Shown: one piece after another, positions 1 to 13,439 of the stretch | How the letters are laid out: every line of letters begins with the position of its first letter | Numbering within the stretch: the first letter of the stretch is position 1 | The notes under the pieces: generated by a model | What the model saw: the letters and a program-made list of their open reading frames with translations, nothing else | Database searches by the model: none | Told to the model about the DNA's origin: nothing | Position numbers and translations under genes: made by a program | Origin: Ruditapes philippinarum | Lineage: Eukaryota | Direction: 5' to 3' | Length of the DNA stretch: 56,789 nucleotides | NCBI RefSeq assembly: GCF_026571515.1 | Contig: NW_026858980.1 | Span: 1 to 56,789, forward strand

Positions 1-614
1 ACTTAATGCATGATGGTGATGACATTTGTGTTCACATTCGCATGGTGTGCATCATACAAAATTACTTTGTTTATTTAGCTGTTATATTTTGTCATAACCA
101 GTTTGAAGTGGTTTATTATCAAAATATTTAAGATACCAAGACCTAAGGTAACTGTAATCATTAGCAAAACCATGCACCAAGTCAGCCTCCCGAAATATGT
201 CCACACATTTTACAGTTTGATGTTTTATTAAGTTTAGTTATTTTATATTTAAATTTCTTAAACCTTTAACTGACGGTTCAATGATAAAATCGGGATAAGT
301 CTGTCAACACAGTTTCTTTAACAGTGATTAATACCTTTATTATGTAATAGAACGAGTTATTTACGGGGTATAACAGTGGCTCAGGCGACATCGAGGGTTG
401 TTTCTGCAAAAAAAAAACAACAAATGTCGAGGCCGTCCGGTCGAGACGATTTTGTTTGCAGAAACATCCCGATATGTTTCAAATGGAAACCCCAGATAAA
501 ATGGACCAATACCGGCTAATGCTGTCTAAGGGATCTCACAGCTATAGCCATATATAATAAGTCAGAGAGCACAGCCGGTTAAATTTGTTGTCGCTGTTAG
601 CAAAAGAAGAAAAA

Positions 615-996
615 GGAATAACCACAAGAGGTATCAACAACAAATGTTGTAGTTAGATAGATCTAATTGAGTAGAAGTTCAGTGCAAAAGAACTGTAGCT
701 CTGGCTTGCCTGATTTGGAGTTATTGCCCTTTCATTTTTACACTGTGTTTATTGTCCAGGAAATTACCCTTAACTATGAGAGATATCAACAAGAAACTTT
801 GTAGCTAAATAGATCTCACTGGGTAAATGTGCAATGTAAAAAGACCGTTACTTTGCTTAGCCTAATTTTTGAGTTATTGTCCTTTGTTCATTAGTGTCCG
901 AGACATAACTCTGATACTACGAGAGATATCAGCATAAAGTGGTTTTTTGTGTCCAAAACCTGTTTGGGGAGCATCACCCGGTACAACCTGCTCTTT
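615..996 (+). repeat. Degenerate Helentron/HINE-type remnant with about 2.5 diverged ~155-bp repeats
   Basis: Block atcaacaa..tagatctc/a..gagttattg.ccttt recurs at ~633 and ~785, with a partial copy at ~928; ends in GGGGAGCA..TGCTCTTTT. Confidence 0.5.
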
Positions 997-1640
997 TTTT
1001 ATATTTTGAATGTGTTACCCCATGCCCCCTTCGAACCTCCGTTCAAAAACTCAACCAATATATAGCAGGTTCTAAAAAAACTCAATCGAGTTATGTGAAT
1101 CAAGTGAAAAAAATTTACTAGCTGTTGTATATCAAGACAGTGGAAGTGTACCTATTATAATGGGTTAGAAAGAACAAAGAAAAGCTCAAATCCATGCGAT
1201 AATAAGAAATTATGTAATGGGTTTGTCTTACATATTTTACTAAATTTATTTCAATTTACAGCACATACATATCGCATACCAGTTATAATGTATGACAGGT
1301 TTGATCTAGATTGGTTATCAAGTAAACAGGTTGCTTATTCGGAACGTTCATATTATCAGTTGTTTTGAGTGAACAGGAAGTTAGAGGAAATAAAGTATAT
1401 AAAATTGTTAAATTGTTGTGTTTGATAATTTAACTTCAAAGGAATAGTTTAAACGGTAATGTCAGGTAATTACAACACGCGTTTTACTATTTTTATTACT
1501 CACGATGGTTTCTTTTACTTGTATTTTAGCAATTAGGATTTTGTTTTATTCTTACTAACCCATTTTCATTTTTCAATGAGGATTTGAGTATTGCATTGAC
1601 ATAATTTATAACAGTGCTGTTTTTTCCATTGATTCATATA

Positions 1641-4349
1641 CACACCGTACAATCAAATGGGCAGACAGCTGTTCCAGCGTCGACGGCTGTACCAGTATAT
1701 ACATGTCGGTGCGGGGAATACAATTGACGTACGGTAAATATTCATCTATTTTAACATATCCAAACTGTGTTTAAGTAAATCAATGTTATGGATTCATTTT
1801 CAACATCCAAAGGAGCATGCTAACAAATTTCTGGCCCTGTGCAAGCTTTACTTCACGCGAATTTTGACTGAAAATAACCACACTATCCGATGAGATGCGG
1901 TATTTTTAGTTTAAAGTCACAAAAACTTATATTTTCTCATGATAATACATCCTTTTTTCATACGATTCGTAAACGTCAACATTTCGTCATTAAATATTCC
2001 AAACCATACCTTCAAAAAAGCTTTTCTGTTAAAGTTATAAGGTATTTAAGTTTGAGTGTCATCATAATTTTAGTAACGTCATCAGCTGTTCGCCTCTTTT
2101 TAATGATAACATGGACAGCAATTCATCGGCAAGAATGAATAACGCTGAAAACCGTTCAAAGAAACAATTTTCAGCGCTTTTGTGCTACAGTAACTAGGAA
2201 AGAGTAAAACTTTTTTGTTCATTTAAAATATTACTTTATTCATGATACTTTCTAATTATATAATTTTTATTATTACTTTCTATTATTTGTTGTATCTTAG
2301 CTCAGAGGCCTTTATCTCCATTTAACGCACTGTATTTCAATATAAAAAGGTATCAAGATCTATTAATATGTTTCTGAAATGTTAAATTCAAAGAAAGTAA
2401 AGGCAAATTTAACGCTTAATACGAATACTCTGTATTATAAATAAATCCATCAAGTGTTATTATAAATAATGGCATATAGTAGACGTGTCCCATGCAGTAA
2501 ATGGCTTTGTTACCCGAGATGTCTGCCATATAAAATGATTTATTGCATATGTTACTATAAATAGTAATAAAAATGCGTTTCTTTTTTCTGAATATGACAT
2601 GCGAAAATCCCGTATTTGAGCAAGTGTGCCTATATGCCATATTGGCGCACTTGCCAAGTGTGCCAAAATCCCATATTGAGACTATTTCCGGTTATCACGC
2701 ACCTGTTGTACAGTAACGGCAGAACGTCCGCGTTGTAATTGACAACCGCATCGCAAAAAAAATGGCCGTCGAAAGGACGTTTACATCTTTAGCGAATCGC
2801 TTGATGGATTTAGATAATATAATCGAACAACACGGATAGCCAATTAATAACTATATTAGAACAATTACGTTATTACTTGACTTTCTTACAGTCTGAAAAA
2901 TTGCTGCGGAACATATGCAATAAACATAAAGCCCTCGGGCAAATAATTCACCAAGTGTGCCAATATGGACTAAAGGCACACTTGCCCCATGTTATAACAT
3001 TTACTTATTTAAAACATAAAAATTTAAATAATTTTTAAGAATGATTATTATTTCTATTGCACTATACATTAAAACAGATTTTAAGGATCAAAAACAACAT
3101 CTTTTTCCATGCACTTTCATATCTCGGGTTACACAGCCATTCACTGCGTAGGACTTGTCCACTATATGCCTTTATTAATAATAACACTTGATGGATGCCT
3201 TCATTTACAGGACTGAATATTCGTATTAAGCGTTAAATTTGCCTTTGCTATTTGAATTAAACATTTCATAAACCTATTACAGGAACTCCACTGAGGTTTA
3301 TAAGCCTAAAAACATGAAATTTTATTGTTTCACATAGATAAACATGAGCACTTAAAACATAAATATTAATAAAATATAACCAAGAAGTATAGAAGAAATA
3401 CATTGAAAATCACATGTTTGTGCTATTCTCAGTCAGATTTTAGACTCTTTTCAATTTTGGGTCATTTTTCACTATTATAATAATTATTCTGGAAAAACGG
3501 AGCAAGCTAATGATCGGAAATTTTGCACATAAATTATTAATATAGATCTACATCAAATGGAGAAATAATCTCAAAAAATTATTTCCAGTCCCGTCTTTTA
3601 AAAAAAACCTTAGTGGAGTCCTTTAAATAGATCTTGGTACATTTTTATGTTGAAATACAGTGCGGTAAATGAAGATAAAGGCCTCTGAGCTACGATACAA
3701 CAAATAATAGAAAGTAATAATAAAAATTATATAATTAGAAAGTATCATGAATAAAGTAATATTTTAAATGAACAAAAATGTTTTACTCTTTCCTAGTTAC
3801 TGTAGCACAAAAGCGCTGAAAATTGTTTCTTTGAACGGCTTTCAGCGTTATTCATTCTTGCCGATAATTTGCTGTCGATGTTATCATTAAAAAGAGGCGA
3901 ACAGCTGATGACGTTACTAAAATTATGATGACACTCAAACTTAAATACCTTATAACTTTAACAGAAAAGCTTTTTTGAAGGTATGGTTTGGAATATTTAA
4001 TGACGAAATGTTGACGTTTACGAATCGTATGAAAAAAGGATTTATTATCATGAGAAAATATAAGTTTTTGTGACTTTAAACTAAAAATGCCGCATCTTAT
4101 CGGATAGTGTGGTTATTTTCAGTCAAAATTCGCGTGAAGTAAAGCTTGCACAGGGTCAGAAATTTGTTAGCATGCTCCTTTGGATGTTGACAATGAATCC
4201 ATAACATTGATTTACTCGAACACAGTTTGGATATGTTAAAATAGATGAATACTTACCGTACGTCAATTGTATTCCCCGCGCCGACATGTATATACTGGTA
4301 CAGCTGTCGACGCTAGAACAGCTGTCAGCCCATTTGATTGTACGGTGTG
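1641..4349. mobile_element. Non-autonomous foldback DNA transposon with ~880-bp inverted arms (Transib-like ends)
   Basis: 1641 CACACCGTACAATCAAATGGG is the reverse complement of CCCATTTGATTGTACGGTGTG ending at 4349. Arms 1641-~2520 and ~3121-4349. Flanked by ATATA at 1636-1640 and 4350-4354. Confidence 0.85.
3281..3622. mobile_element. MITE with TTAA-type target (Kolobok-like) inserted in the right arm of the foldback
   Basis: TIRs AGGAACTCCACTGAGGTTT / AAACCTTAGTGGAGTCCT; flanks TTAC / TTAA; absent from the left arm (~2360). Confidence 0.8.
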
Positions 4350-4599
4350 ATATAGGGAAACTGTATTACAATTGTCTTGTACCTGCATATATCAGTGTAG
4401 TTCTTACAGAGGTTATAACGGGGTGCGGGTATTACACATTTTCAGTGATTCATTAACTGATATTGGTTCAATATTTCTAAGGTTTACATTTGATTCAAAA
4501 GGGAAAGGGCACAAGAGAGGGAAAAGCACAAAACATAGTAATTGTTCGCATATTTCTGTTACAAAAAATAATGAAATTGCGATAAAACAGTTATAATAC

Positions 4600-4713
4600 A
4601 TGTATATGAAAGTCGTCAGTTACCGGGGTATAACACTGGTTAGGCTACATCTCAGGATTCCAAGATGCCGCTCAAGCAAGTGTTATATCCTCGTAACTTA
4701 CTTGTTTCATTAC
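4600..4713. repeat. Short imperfect palindromic MITE remnant; related end at ~345-400
   Basis: gttaccggggtataacactgg pairs with caagtgttatatcctcgtaac; similar ttacggggtataacagtgg at ~361. Confidence 0.45.
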
Positions 4714-5961
4714 TTCTGTTGAGGCCATGATGCCTATATCTTATTAAAAGTTGACTGAATGACAGTTCAGTGTAGCGCAATGCATGGTACACTTAATTAT
4801 GCCGTGGTTATCGTCGTTCATTTGTAATGCACCCACTAACAAAATACAAAAAGTGATAGCTACTCATCTTAACACAAAGAGCTCAGATTTGAGTGAGGAA
4901 GGACGGGGGTTTCGGGGGTCTTGTGCCTTTGATAATTCAGTGGGAAACCCCTCTGAGGTTTCACCACTTACCATTTTTAGTAAAAAGAAAACAATCAAAA
5001 ACTATTGGAAATCTGCAAAACAAATTAAGTCATGACCCCCCCCCCCTTGATAAACTAGTAAAATGTCAACCTCTCACCCTACTCCTTCTTGGAAATATGC
5101 GGCTCTTTATGGTAACTCCCGGATCAGGGCCTCTGATGTACAAGTAGATTACAAATTCTTAGATATTTGCCTTGTAACTTCACCTCGTAGTACAATATTA
5201 ATTTTGGCCTACAGGTTGGTCCTTAGTAACTTAGTGTTTTATATATTAACAGGAAAACCAATTTAAATTGTCTTCCTAAAACTACAAATCATAGAGCTTA
5301 TAGATATTTGGCATACGTACAGTAGACCTATGCAAACGCAATTTATTTTGCCATGCTCCTTGGTTTATAAACGCCCTGCCTCGGCGTCCCATGCCCTAGC
5401 CCTAGGGACTGGTGACATGCCCGGGATCCGTACTCGACAGCGAAAGCTGCTTTTGTGCTCTGCACGGGCGGATAGATCCTCATTAAACATAAACTTCACA
5501 CATCAAACGTCAATTAGTAAATTGTGATAGTACAGACATAGTGTATTTTACTTGAATAAATGTCTATAGTTTTTCTTGTCCGCTCCTTACCTCTATCGAC
5601 CCATGACAAAAATAGAGCGAAATAAGGAACCTCTAAAGAAAGCACTAAACGAAAAATTGAAAATGTTGCAGGCTCGGTTTGATTGAGCCTGTTCATGGAC
5701 GATACTGGAAAGTGTTATAAGGATATATGCAGAAAGTGACCATCATTTACCCCGGTTTAAGTAAATTGTTGTGTATATTTCAGTCTGGACAACAATGTTC
5801 ATCCTTTTAACAGAAAATTGCAAAATTTTTACTGACAAAAGTACCGACCATATTAAGACGTCGCTGATTTGCTGGCTATCTTGGTCTCCCTGATAACATG
5901 GCTAGAATATGTTGCCACTAGCAGGATTTGTTATTATGTTAAGATTTCCATGCTATAGTCG

Positions 5962-8576
5962 ATGACAAGGATAAACAAATTTAGTTACGTAATTCCAGAA
6001 AAAGAAGAAGCGACAAACGAAAAAGAGGTGCATGCAGAAGTTGCGAGTGAAGACGTGTTACTACAAGATGTGTCACGAGATAAAGTGGTTTGTTATCTTC
6101 ATATACCAATTTATAAGGGTCTTAAATTTTTACGATTCTACAGGTGAAAATAAGGGATTTGTACGGTGGCACAAAGGTGACATGTGTGTGTTTTCATTTA
6201 TCTCGTGCGCACGAGATACCATGTCGCGGTCACGACATAGTATATCGTGGCTAGGAGTTACTCAGTCGTGGCCACGAGATAGCTAGGTCGTGGACACGAG
6301 ATACTATGTCGTGGCCACGAGATACTATGTCAAGTATGCCCCTACTTCACCAGCCTGTAAAAGTGCCATTTATACAACTTATTGACTGGTCAATAATTTT
6401 ACATTTAGCGTCACTGTGACCCTAATTTTTGACCCAATGACCTCGAAATTATTAGATGTCATCCACTGATCAGGTGCAATGATCTTTCTGGGTTATATAA
6501 CCATGGCTTATCCCTTCTTAATTATTCATCAGACTATGATTTTACCTTATAGGCTATCTACTGTCTATTGGCAATGTCCCTTCAAAATAAAATAAACCAG
6601 GACTTATTCCTTCTCATGTTATCGTATAAACAAGGTTTACAGGCCGTAGTACGTACAAACTGACAAATTCGATCCCAAAATTGTCCCAACAAAGGGCTAT
6701 AGTCAAAATTAATGTCTGATGGGCCTTGGAAGGTGACTTTCTAATATGATCCTGAAGACAAGTTCAAAGTGAATATCTTCAGTATATTCAAAGATAAATG
6801 TTGCATGTAAAAAGTAAGTTGTTAAGTTTAAAAATTTCATAATATATATAGTGTATTCTGATTGGTTAATTATCTCGTGGTCACGACTTAGTTATTTCGT
6901 CCCCACGACTTAGTATCTCGTGGCAACGACATAGCATGTCGTGGCCACGACTAAGCTATCTCGTGGCCACAACTTAGTACTAGTAACTCGTGGCCACTGC
7001 ATAGTATCTCGTGGCCACGATTTAGCTATCTCGTGGCCACAACTTAGTTACTCGTAACCACGGCATAGTATCTCGTGGTCACGACTTAGCTATCTCGTGA
7101 CCACGACTTAGTAACTCGTGGCCACGACATAGTATCTCGTGCGCACGAGATAAATAAAAAAACACACATGTCACCTTTGTGCCATCGTGAATTCGCTTGC
7201 TTATAGTTTACATCGTAATATTTATAACTTTGTTTGTTTGAGACATTTAGACAGAACATTTCAATAGCATGACTAGTCGTTTGGTATTAAATATCATAAA
7301 CGTTAAATTTTACACCATCTGATTTCATATTACACTAACTTTGTTCACTTAAAGATTTGCATATACAAATATCACTAGCAATTTTGTGTTAGCACTTTTA
7401 AAATATACATGAATTACGTAGTTTTGTTTTAAATTCTTTATTGATAATCATCATATGCACCAAAAGAAGTTTTACGACTTGTAAACCTAATTAATACGTC
7501 TAAGAGTATACCAAATAATCTAAAGTTGCTGCCTTTCAGTGTACATGTATCCTGTAATTGTATGTGCATTCAAACTGCTCCTTGTTAACATTATTTTTAG
7601 GTTGTAACACAACCAAAATTGAACATCGTTAAACCTAAGAAGCGTAAGAAACGATTTCACTTCACCAGAGTGCAGGCAGAAATAGTCGCCTGGATTTCCA
7701 TTTGTTGCTGTTGTTGGCCTCTTGGAGCTTATGCTCTGTTGTGTGCATGCCAGGTTTGTAGTTTTACAGATACAAAGAATTGTAACATTATGGATACGTT
7801 CGTTCGTATTGATTTACCCTAAATGTGCTTGAATTGAAAGTGATAAGTCATTTCCATTATTGCAAGGCTCTATATAATGTTGATTGCCTAATTCTTTTTT
7901 ATCTTGCTGCCCCTAAAATTTTATGTTTGAAAATTCCATAAATGGGTGCTGAGTTTATTCAAAATTTTCTGAAGGTTAAGGAATTACTCTTTTGTGATGT
8001 CTTGCATATATTTGCATTTAGTCCAATTAAACATTTTTGCTCTTACATCAAAATTTAAATGAATACACGCATAATCAATGAACGTTTCAAACACTTTGAA
8101 AAAAAAGCCTAATATATAATATTGAAATTGCTAATGGTCTTCATCTGATGAAATAGGGTAAATATGTTTAAAAAACGCAAATTGAATTAATGTTAATGTT
8201 TCTAGCAAATTTCACTGATTTTTAAAAAATGTTTTTAGCTGCTAAACATATTTGCGCTGGTGTTATATCAATGACATAATATTTTTTCAATAGGACGTCT
8301 TGGCACAACGTGTTTAAATACAAGAAAATTCTTCTACCTGTAAGTCTCTATTTTTCAACTATGTTCATGAAAGGAGTACTCGTTTGGAATGTCAAATTAC
8401 GAAGGAGAAAATAGATTTATTAACTATGACGTCATATTTTGTTGTAGGCAAAGGTTGCCGATGATGATGAAGAATATGAAAAGAGGTTAGTTTGGTCCAC
8501 ATGGCTGGGAATTGCAGGTCTAATATTTAATATTGTCGTATGGCCTGGAGTAATTTTGTTAGCGCTCTACACTTGA
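5962..8576 (+). CDS. CD225/dispanin-like membrane protein, copy 1. Exons 5962-6087, 7601-7753, 8448-8576 (~135 aa)
   Basis: Phase-0 GT-AG introns (exon 1 donor could alternatively follow 6084). Spliced protein ...VVTQPK...AWISICCCCWPLGAYALLCACQ|AKVADDDEEYEKRLVWSTWLGIAGLIFNIVVWPGVILLALYT*. CCxPLG-type first hydrophobic segment, charged loop and C-terminal TM helix fit CD225. Confidence 0.8.
6162..7189. mobile_element. MITE with long TIRs and subterminal ~21-22-bp repeats, in intron 1 of dispanin copy 1
   Basis: TACGGTGGCACAAAGGTGACATGTGTG / CACACATGTCACCTTTGTGCCATCGTG; arrays of palindromic TCGTGGCCACGA at 6205-6330 and 6870-7150. Confidence 0.85.
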
Positions 8577-10959
8577 TATTGCAGATGGTTTTGATGAAAA
8601 TAAAGCAGTTAGTCAGTGTTTTTCTGAGCATCGAAACTCCAATTATATTTGTTCAGACCTATGTGCCATCTTTAACATCATTGTTCATCATTGCTTTATG
8701 TTTGATTTTCAAAAACTTTTATCTCGTTGTAGAATACCACTGCCATTTTCAGTTTTGTTTTCTTTTGTTTATACCATACAAAATGTATTTGCATTCAATT
8801 TCAGTGTTCATATCAATAACAATGATACCATCGCAAGTCTAAAGTTGTATGCTTTTTCAATATAAATTTCGAAATTGAACCCCACCTAAATTGTATAACA
8901 ATAAATTTACAATTGCTCTATTGAAATTACACTTGTTATGATCTTGTTCAGTGTATCTGTAAATTTTGTTATCTAAATAAAATAGAAATTGGCTGAGATT
9001 TTTTTAACCTGCATGTCTGAATTATCTTGAAGTCAGAAAATTATTTTAAACAATATCATTTAATTGACAAATGTTGAATTCATTTTATTCATTAGTATAT
9101 ATATTGATACCTGTGTATATCACTCTTGTCTTGGAGTAACTACATAAACTACTCATGTATTTTGTATAGTTTCTACAAACATTGTAAATGTTTAATGCAA
9201 ATAAAGAACTGATTTGAATAGTAGTTATTAAATTTTATTTAGATGTACATACTAACCGTTAATAGCGCAACTATCATAAGATATATGGAAGTTTAATTGT
9301 TGTAAATACTTTCTAAGACAGGACACATACATTATCATTTTTAAATAAAATAAAAACACACAAAAAAAAAAAATCAAGAAAATATAAAAGTCTTGCTGAT
9401 AAATTCTTTTAAATCCATGCGATTGTCACCACAAAAAATAGATTTGATATTTTTTGCTTATACTAATATTTATGAATTTCACAGGTGTAAAATTAAATAA
9501 AATATTAAACATTGACAGTCATTAAGTTTGCTTTTTTCTATAAAAGAGAATGTACTTTTTCTGTTGCTCACAATTTATGTTAATGTTGTCACCTGTAGTT
9601 TTTCAGTTTACCTAAATTACAGATTGTCTTTAAGTGACATTTTACACACCATAGTGTATATAGAGTATATAGTGGGTGAACAGCTGAAAGTTAATTCATT
9701 TCAATTCGCATGATCGATTTATTACTCACGTGGACCAACGAAATTCCTGAAAATATCCATACGTTCAACTTATCAAAAGAGCGGGTCACACTTTTTGCAT
9801 TTTTGGGAAATTTGTATTTATCCTAAACATTTCCGATATCAACTGTTGGTTAGTCCCCATTATAACAGTTTTTTTAAATATATTGGAAATAAATAGTCAA
9901 TTCAGATCAACTTGACCATGAAAAAAAATGAGCATAATGTCACTTTAATAAAATGATAGAAAGGAGCTACCGCGAGATGCTATATTGTCAGTGATCTCTA
10001 TACAGTGAAAGATGCCATCAATATAGAGCCTGGCAATCGCGCACGACCACAATGTCTAACTTTTGAAAATGGTTAAGTAATTCATACGGTACTATAAGCT
10101 AACCATTCTAACAAATGATTAAAGGAACAAGATTTAACTTAAATATATAAATCTAAGATGTGAAAATTGTTTATCAATATTTAGCAAATAACAATACATT
10201 AACGAAGAAACGTGCATATTGTCAGACGAACTCTCATATAAACAGGAAATTGGAGGAAATCAGTTGTTGACATAATTAGTTACATATCACATTATTTAAT
10301 TATTTTACTTGATAGGCGTAAAACATTAAAGAAAAGTAAGGAAATGTTAACTTTATCATATCTACTTATATCAATTTAATTATTCAAATATTAACTCCTA
10401 CAACAATTCTTTTCGTATGCAACACGCTTACATTGAAACGTTTATCAAAGATGTTTTTATTATTTCTTTAAAAAATAGAATTGGTTAGCTAACTTTTATT
10501 TTCAATGATATATTTGGATACACATTATCAGATTTTCTTTAAAAGATGTATTTACAAACGGGTCAATTCATCAGTGTGTTCAATAATTTGACTCAGTTCA
10601 AATATTTAACAAATAAAACACGGCCTTGATTTGACAAGAGTACAGGCAGAGATACTTGCCTGGATATACATTTGTATATCCGGATGCAATACTCTATTGT
10701 GTAGCCAGGTTTGTACTTACTTCCGAATATTTTATGTTATATGTATGTATTTGCTGCCAATCCATTTCTCAGTTTCCTTTAATTATTGTTCAAGGCAACA
10801 AGCAGATAACATTTAGCTCAATACAACAGGTCGTTTTAGCATTCTAGTTGATCGTTCTTTCAAAAAAAATCTTGTTTTGAAGTGATTCTTCGGAATAACT
10901 TCCAAATGCCACTTGGAATCTTTTCCGTGGTACAATTTAGGGATGTGAAATTTCCAAAA

Positions 10960-12630
10960 AACAAGAGGGCCATGATGGCCCAAAGTCGCTCACCTGTATA
11001 TAGGCCCCTGTAGCGGGGCCAGTTTAAACCCCAGGGCTTTTATTNNNNNNNNNNNNNNNNNNNNNNNNNNNNNNNNNNNNNNNNNNNNNNNNNNNNNNNN
11101 NNNNNNNNNNNNNNNNNNNNNNNNNNNNNNNNNNNNNNNNNNNNNNNNNNNNNNNNNNNNNNNNNNNNNNNNNNNNNNNNNNNNNNNNNNNNNNNNNNNN
11201 NNNNNNNNNNNNNNNNNNNNNNNNNNNNNNNNNNNNNNNNNNNNNNNNNNNNNNNNNNNNNNNNNNNNNNNNNNNNNNNNNNNNNNNNNNNNNNNNNNNN
11301 NNNNNNNNNNNNNNNNNNNNNNNNNNNNNNNNNNNNNNNNNNNNNNNNNNNNNNNNNNNNNNNNNNNNNNNNNNNNNNNNNNNNNNNNNNNNGTCAAGCT
11401 AATGAATGACCCCCGGGGCGGGGCCAATTTTGACCCCAGGGCTTTTATTTGAACAAACTTGGTAGACACCCATGAGAACATGTTTCATGCTAAATATCTT
11501 AGCTCTAGCTCTTTGAGTTCTTTAAAAGAAGATTTTTTAAGTTTTTACTATATGCACATAGGGAAAATCAATGACCCCCGGGCGCAGGGCCAATTTTGAC
11601 CCTAGGGCTTTTATTTGAACAAACTTTGTAGACACTCATTAGAAGATGTTTCATGCTAAATATCTTAGCTCTAGCTCTTTGGGTTCTTTAAAAGAAGAAT
11701 TTTTAAGTTTTAACTATATGCATATAGGGAAAATCAAAGACACCCTGGGGCGGGGCCAATTTTGACCCTAGGGCTTTTATTTGAACAAACTTGGTAGACA
11801 CTCACTAGAAAATGTTTCATGCTTTATATCTAAACACTAGCTATCTGGGTTTTTTCAAAGAAGATTTTTAAGTTTTTGCTATACACAGTCATATAAGGAA
11901 AATCAATGACCCCCGGGGCGGGGCCAATTTTGACCCTAGGGCTTTGATTTGAACAAACTTTGTAGACACTCACTAGAAGATGTTTCATGCTTAATAGCTA
12001 AACTCCAGCTATTTGGGGTTTTTTTAAAGAAGATTTTTTTAAGTTTTTGCTATACACATATAAGGAAAATCAATGACCCCCGGGGCGGAGCCAATTTTGA
12101 CCCCAGGGCTTTTATTTGAACAAACTTGGTAGACACCCATTAGAACATGTTTCATGCTAAATATCTTAGCTCTAGCTCTTTGAGTTCTTTAAAAGAAGAT
12201 TTTTTAAGTTTTTACTATATGCATATAGGGAAAATCAATGACCCCCTGGGGCGGGGCCAATTTTGACCCTAGGGCTTTGATTTGAACAAACTTGGTAGGC
12301 ACTCATTAGAAGATGTTTCATGCCAAATATCTAAGCTCTAGCTCTTACGGTTTTTTAGAAGAAGATTTTTTAAGTTTTTCTTAATGGTTGCCATGGCAAC
12401 CAGAGTTTTTAATGGAATTTAAATTTTTGAACAACTTTGAAAGGGGTCCACCTAAGGATCATTTCTGTAAAGTTTGGTTGCAATTGGCCATGTAGTTTAG
12501 GAGGAGATGTTGTTTGAAAAGTTTGACGCCATTTTTTGAAGGACGCACGACGCACGACGCACGACGCACGACGGACGCAGAGTGATGACAAAAGCTCACC
12601 TTTGAGCACTTCGTGCTCAGGTGAGCTAAA
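10960..12630 (-). mobile_element. Helentron-type non-autonomous element (HINE-like) with ~166-170-bp internal tandem array
   Basis: On minus strand: TAGCTCACCTGAGCAC..GTGCTC..GGTGAGCT start, (CGTCGTG)n microsatellite, at least 6 repeats, then CAGGTGAGCG inverted subterminal copy and GGGCCATCATGGCCC hairpin before TCTTGTT. Confidence 0.85.
11045..11392. other. Assembly gap (N run) inside the tandem array
   Basis: Run of N bases. Confidence 1.
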
Positions 12631-13439
12631 AAACAAGTGTTGTCATGGTGACCGTTGTGTAAGTGGATCACCAGCAAGAACAAATATTTTAGTGAGTTTA
12701 AATTACATGCATTATAAGTCTTTTACATTTTGTTTACTATAAATGCCACTCATTAATGCTTTGTCATATAGACAGCCCGTCACTAACATTGTTAGCAGCA
12801 TGCAGAGTTGTGTAATTGTATATTATTTAAGTGCAATTAATGATTATATTTTTTGAAGTTGGGGTAGGTAATTAAATGATTAAATTTCAAATTCTGAAAG
12901 TGCCTTTAATTGTATATATCTTTCTGCAAATAATGAAAGAGTTGTTCAGGCAAGGGTTGCTGATGATGATGAAGAATACGAGAGAAGATAAGTTTGGAAT
13001 TACAGGAATTCGGCCTCTAATTGCTTTATTAGCGTATTTGACTTGACCATAGAGCTTCTTCATACGGTTCCAACTGTTATAAGGTAGTAAATTGGTTTAA
13101 GATTGAAGTAACAATTAACAATATCATAATTTTGTTTCTGTACCTAAAGTGATTTTCGCAACTACGGTCGTAAAACAGCCTGTTATACACAAATCCTTTG
13201 TTTTGAATATAGTTTTCATGAATGTAACATATTTTAATGATTAAGCTAGACTTACCTTCGTAGAAGTAAGGCGAAGGTTGATCATAATTTCATCCGACAC
13301 AAAACTCCCTTAAGCTTAGGGCTCACGCGGATTAGGAACGCAGCTACCAGCATCCAAGGTATTCATTTTTTAGAGAAAGTTACGTGTATATATTTTGGAG
13401 CAATTTTATCGGGTGGAAGCGGGCGGGCGTGTGAGCCCT

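Larger units (their letters stand above)
10605..13050 (+). pseudogene. CD225/dispanin-like pseudogene, copy 2
   Basis: Exon-2 remnant LTRVQAEILAWIYIC..SQ|GT ending 10708 with an internal deletion; exon 3 from 12950 reads ARVADDDEEYERR* (premature TAA where the paralogues have TTA); no exon 1 found. Confidence 0.8.

Noticed and set aside
345-4713. One large element bounded by inverted ends at 345 and 4713
   Set aside because: 4600-4713 is self-complementary on its own and no TSD is evident; two separate remnants are more parsimonious
8540-8842. 100-aa hydrophobic ORF
   Set aside because: Out of frame with dispanin exon 3 and runs through AT-rich 3' flank
10990-11481. 163-aa ORF
   Set aside because: Spans the N gap
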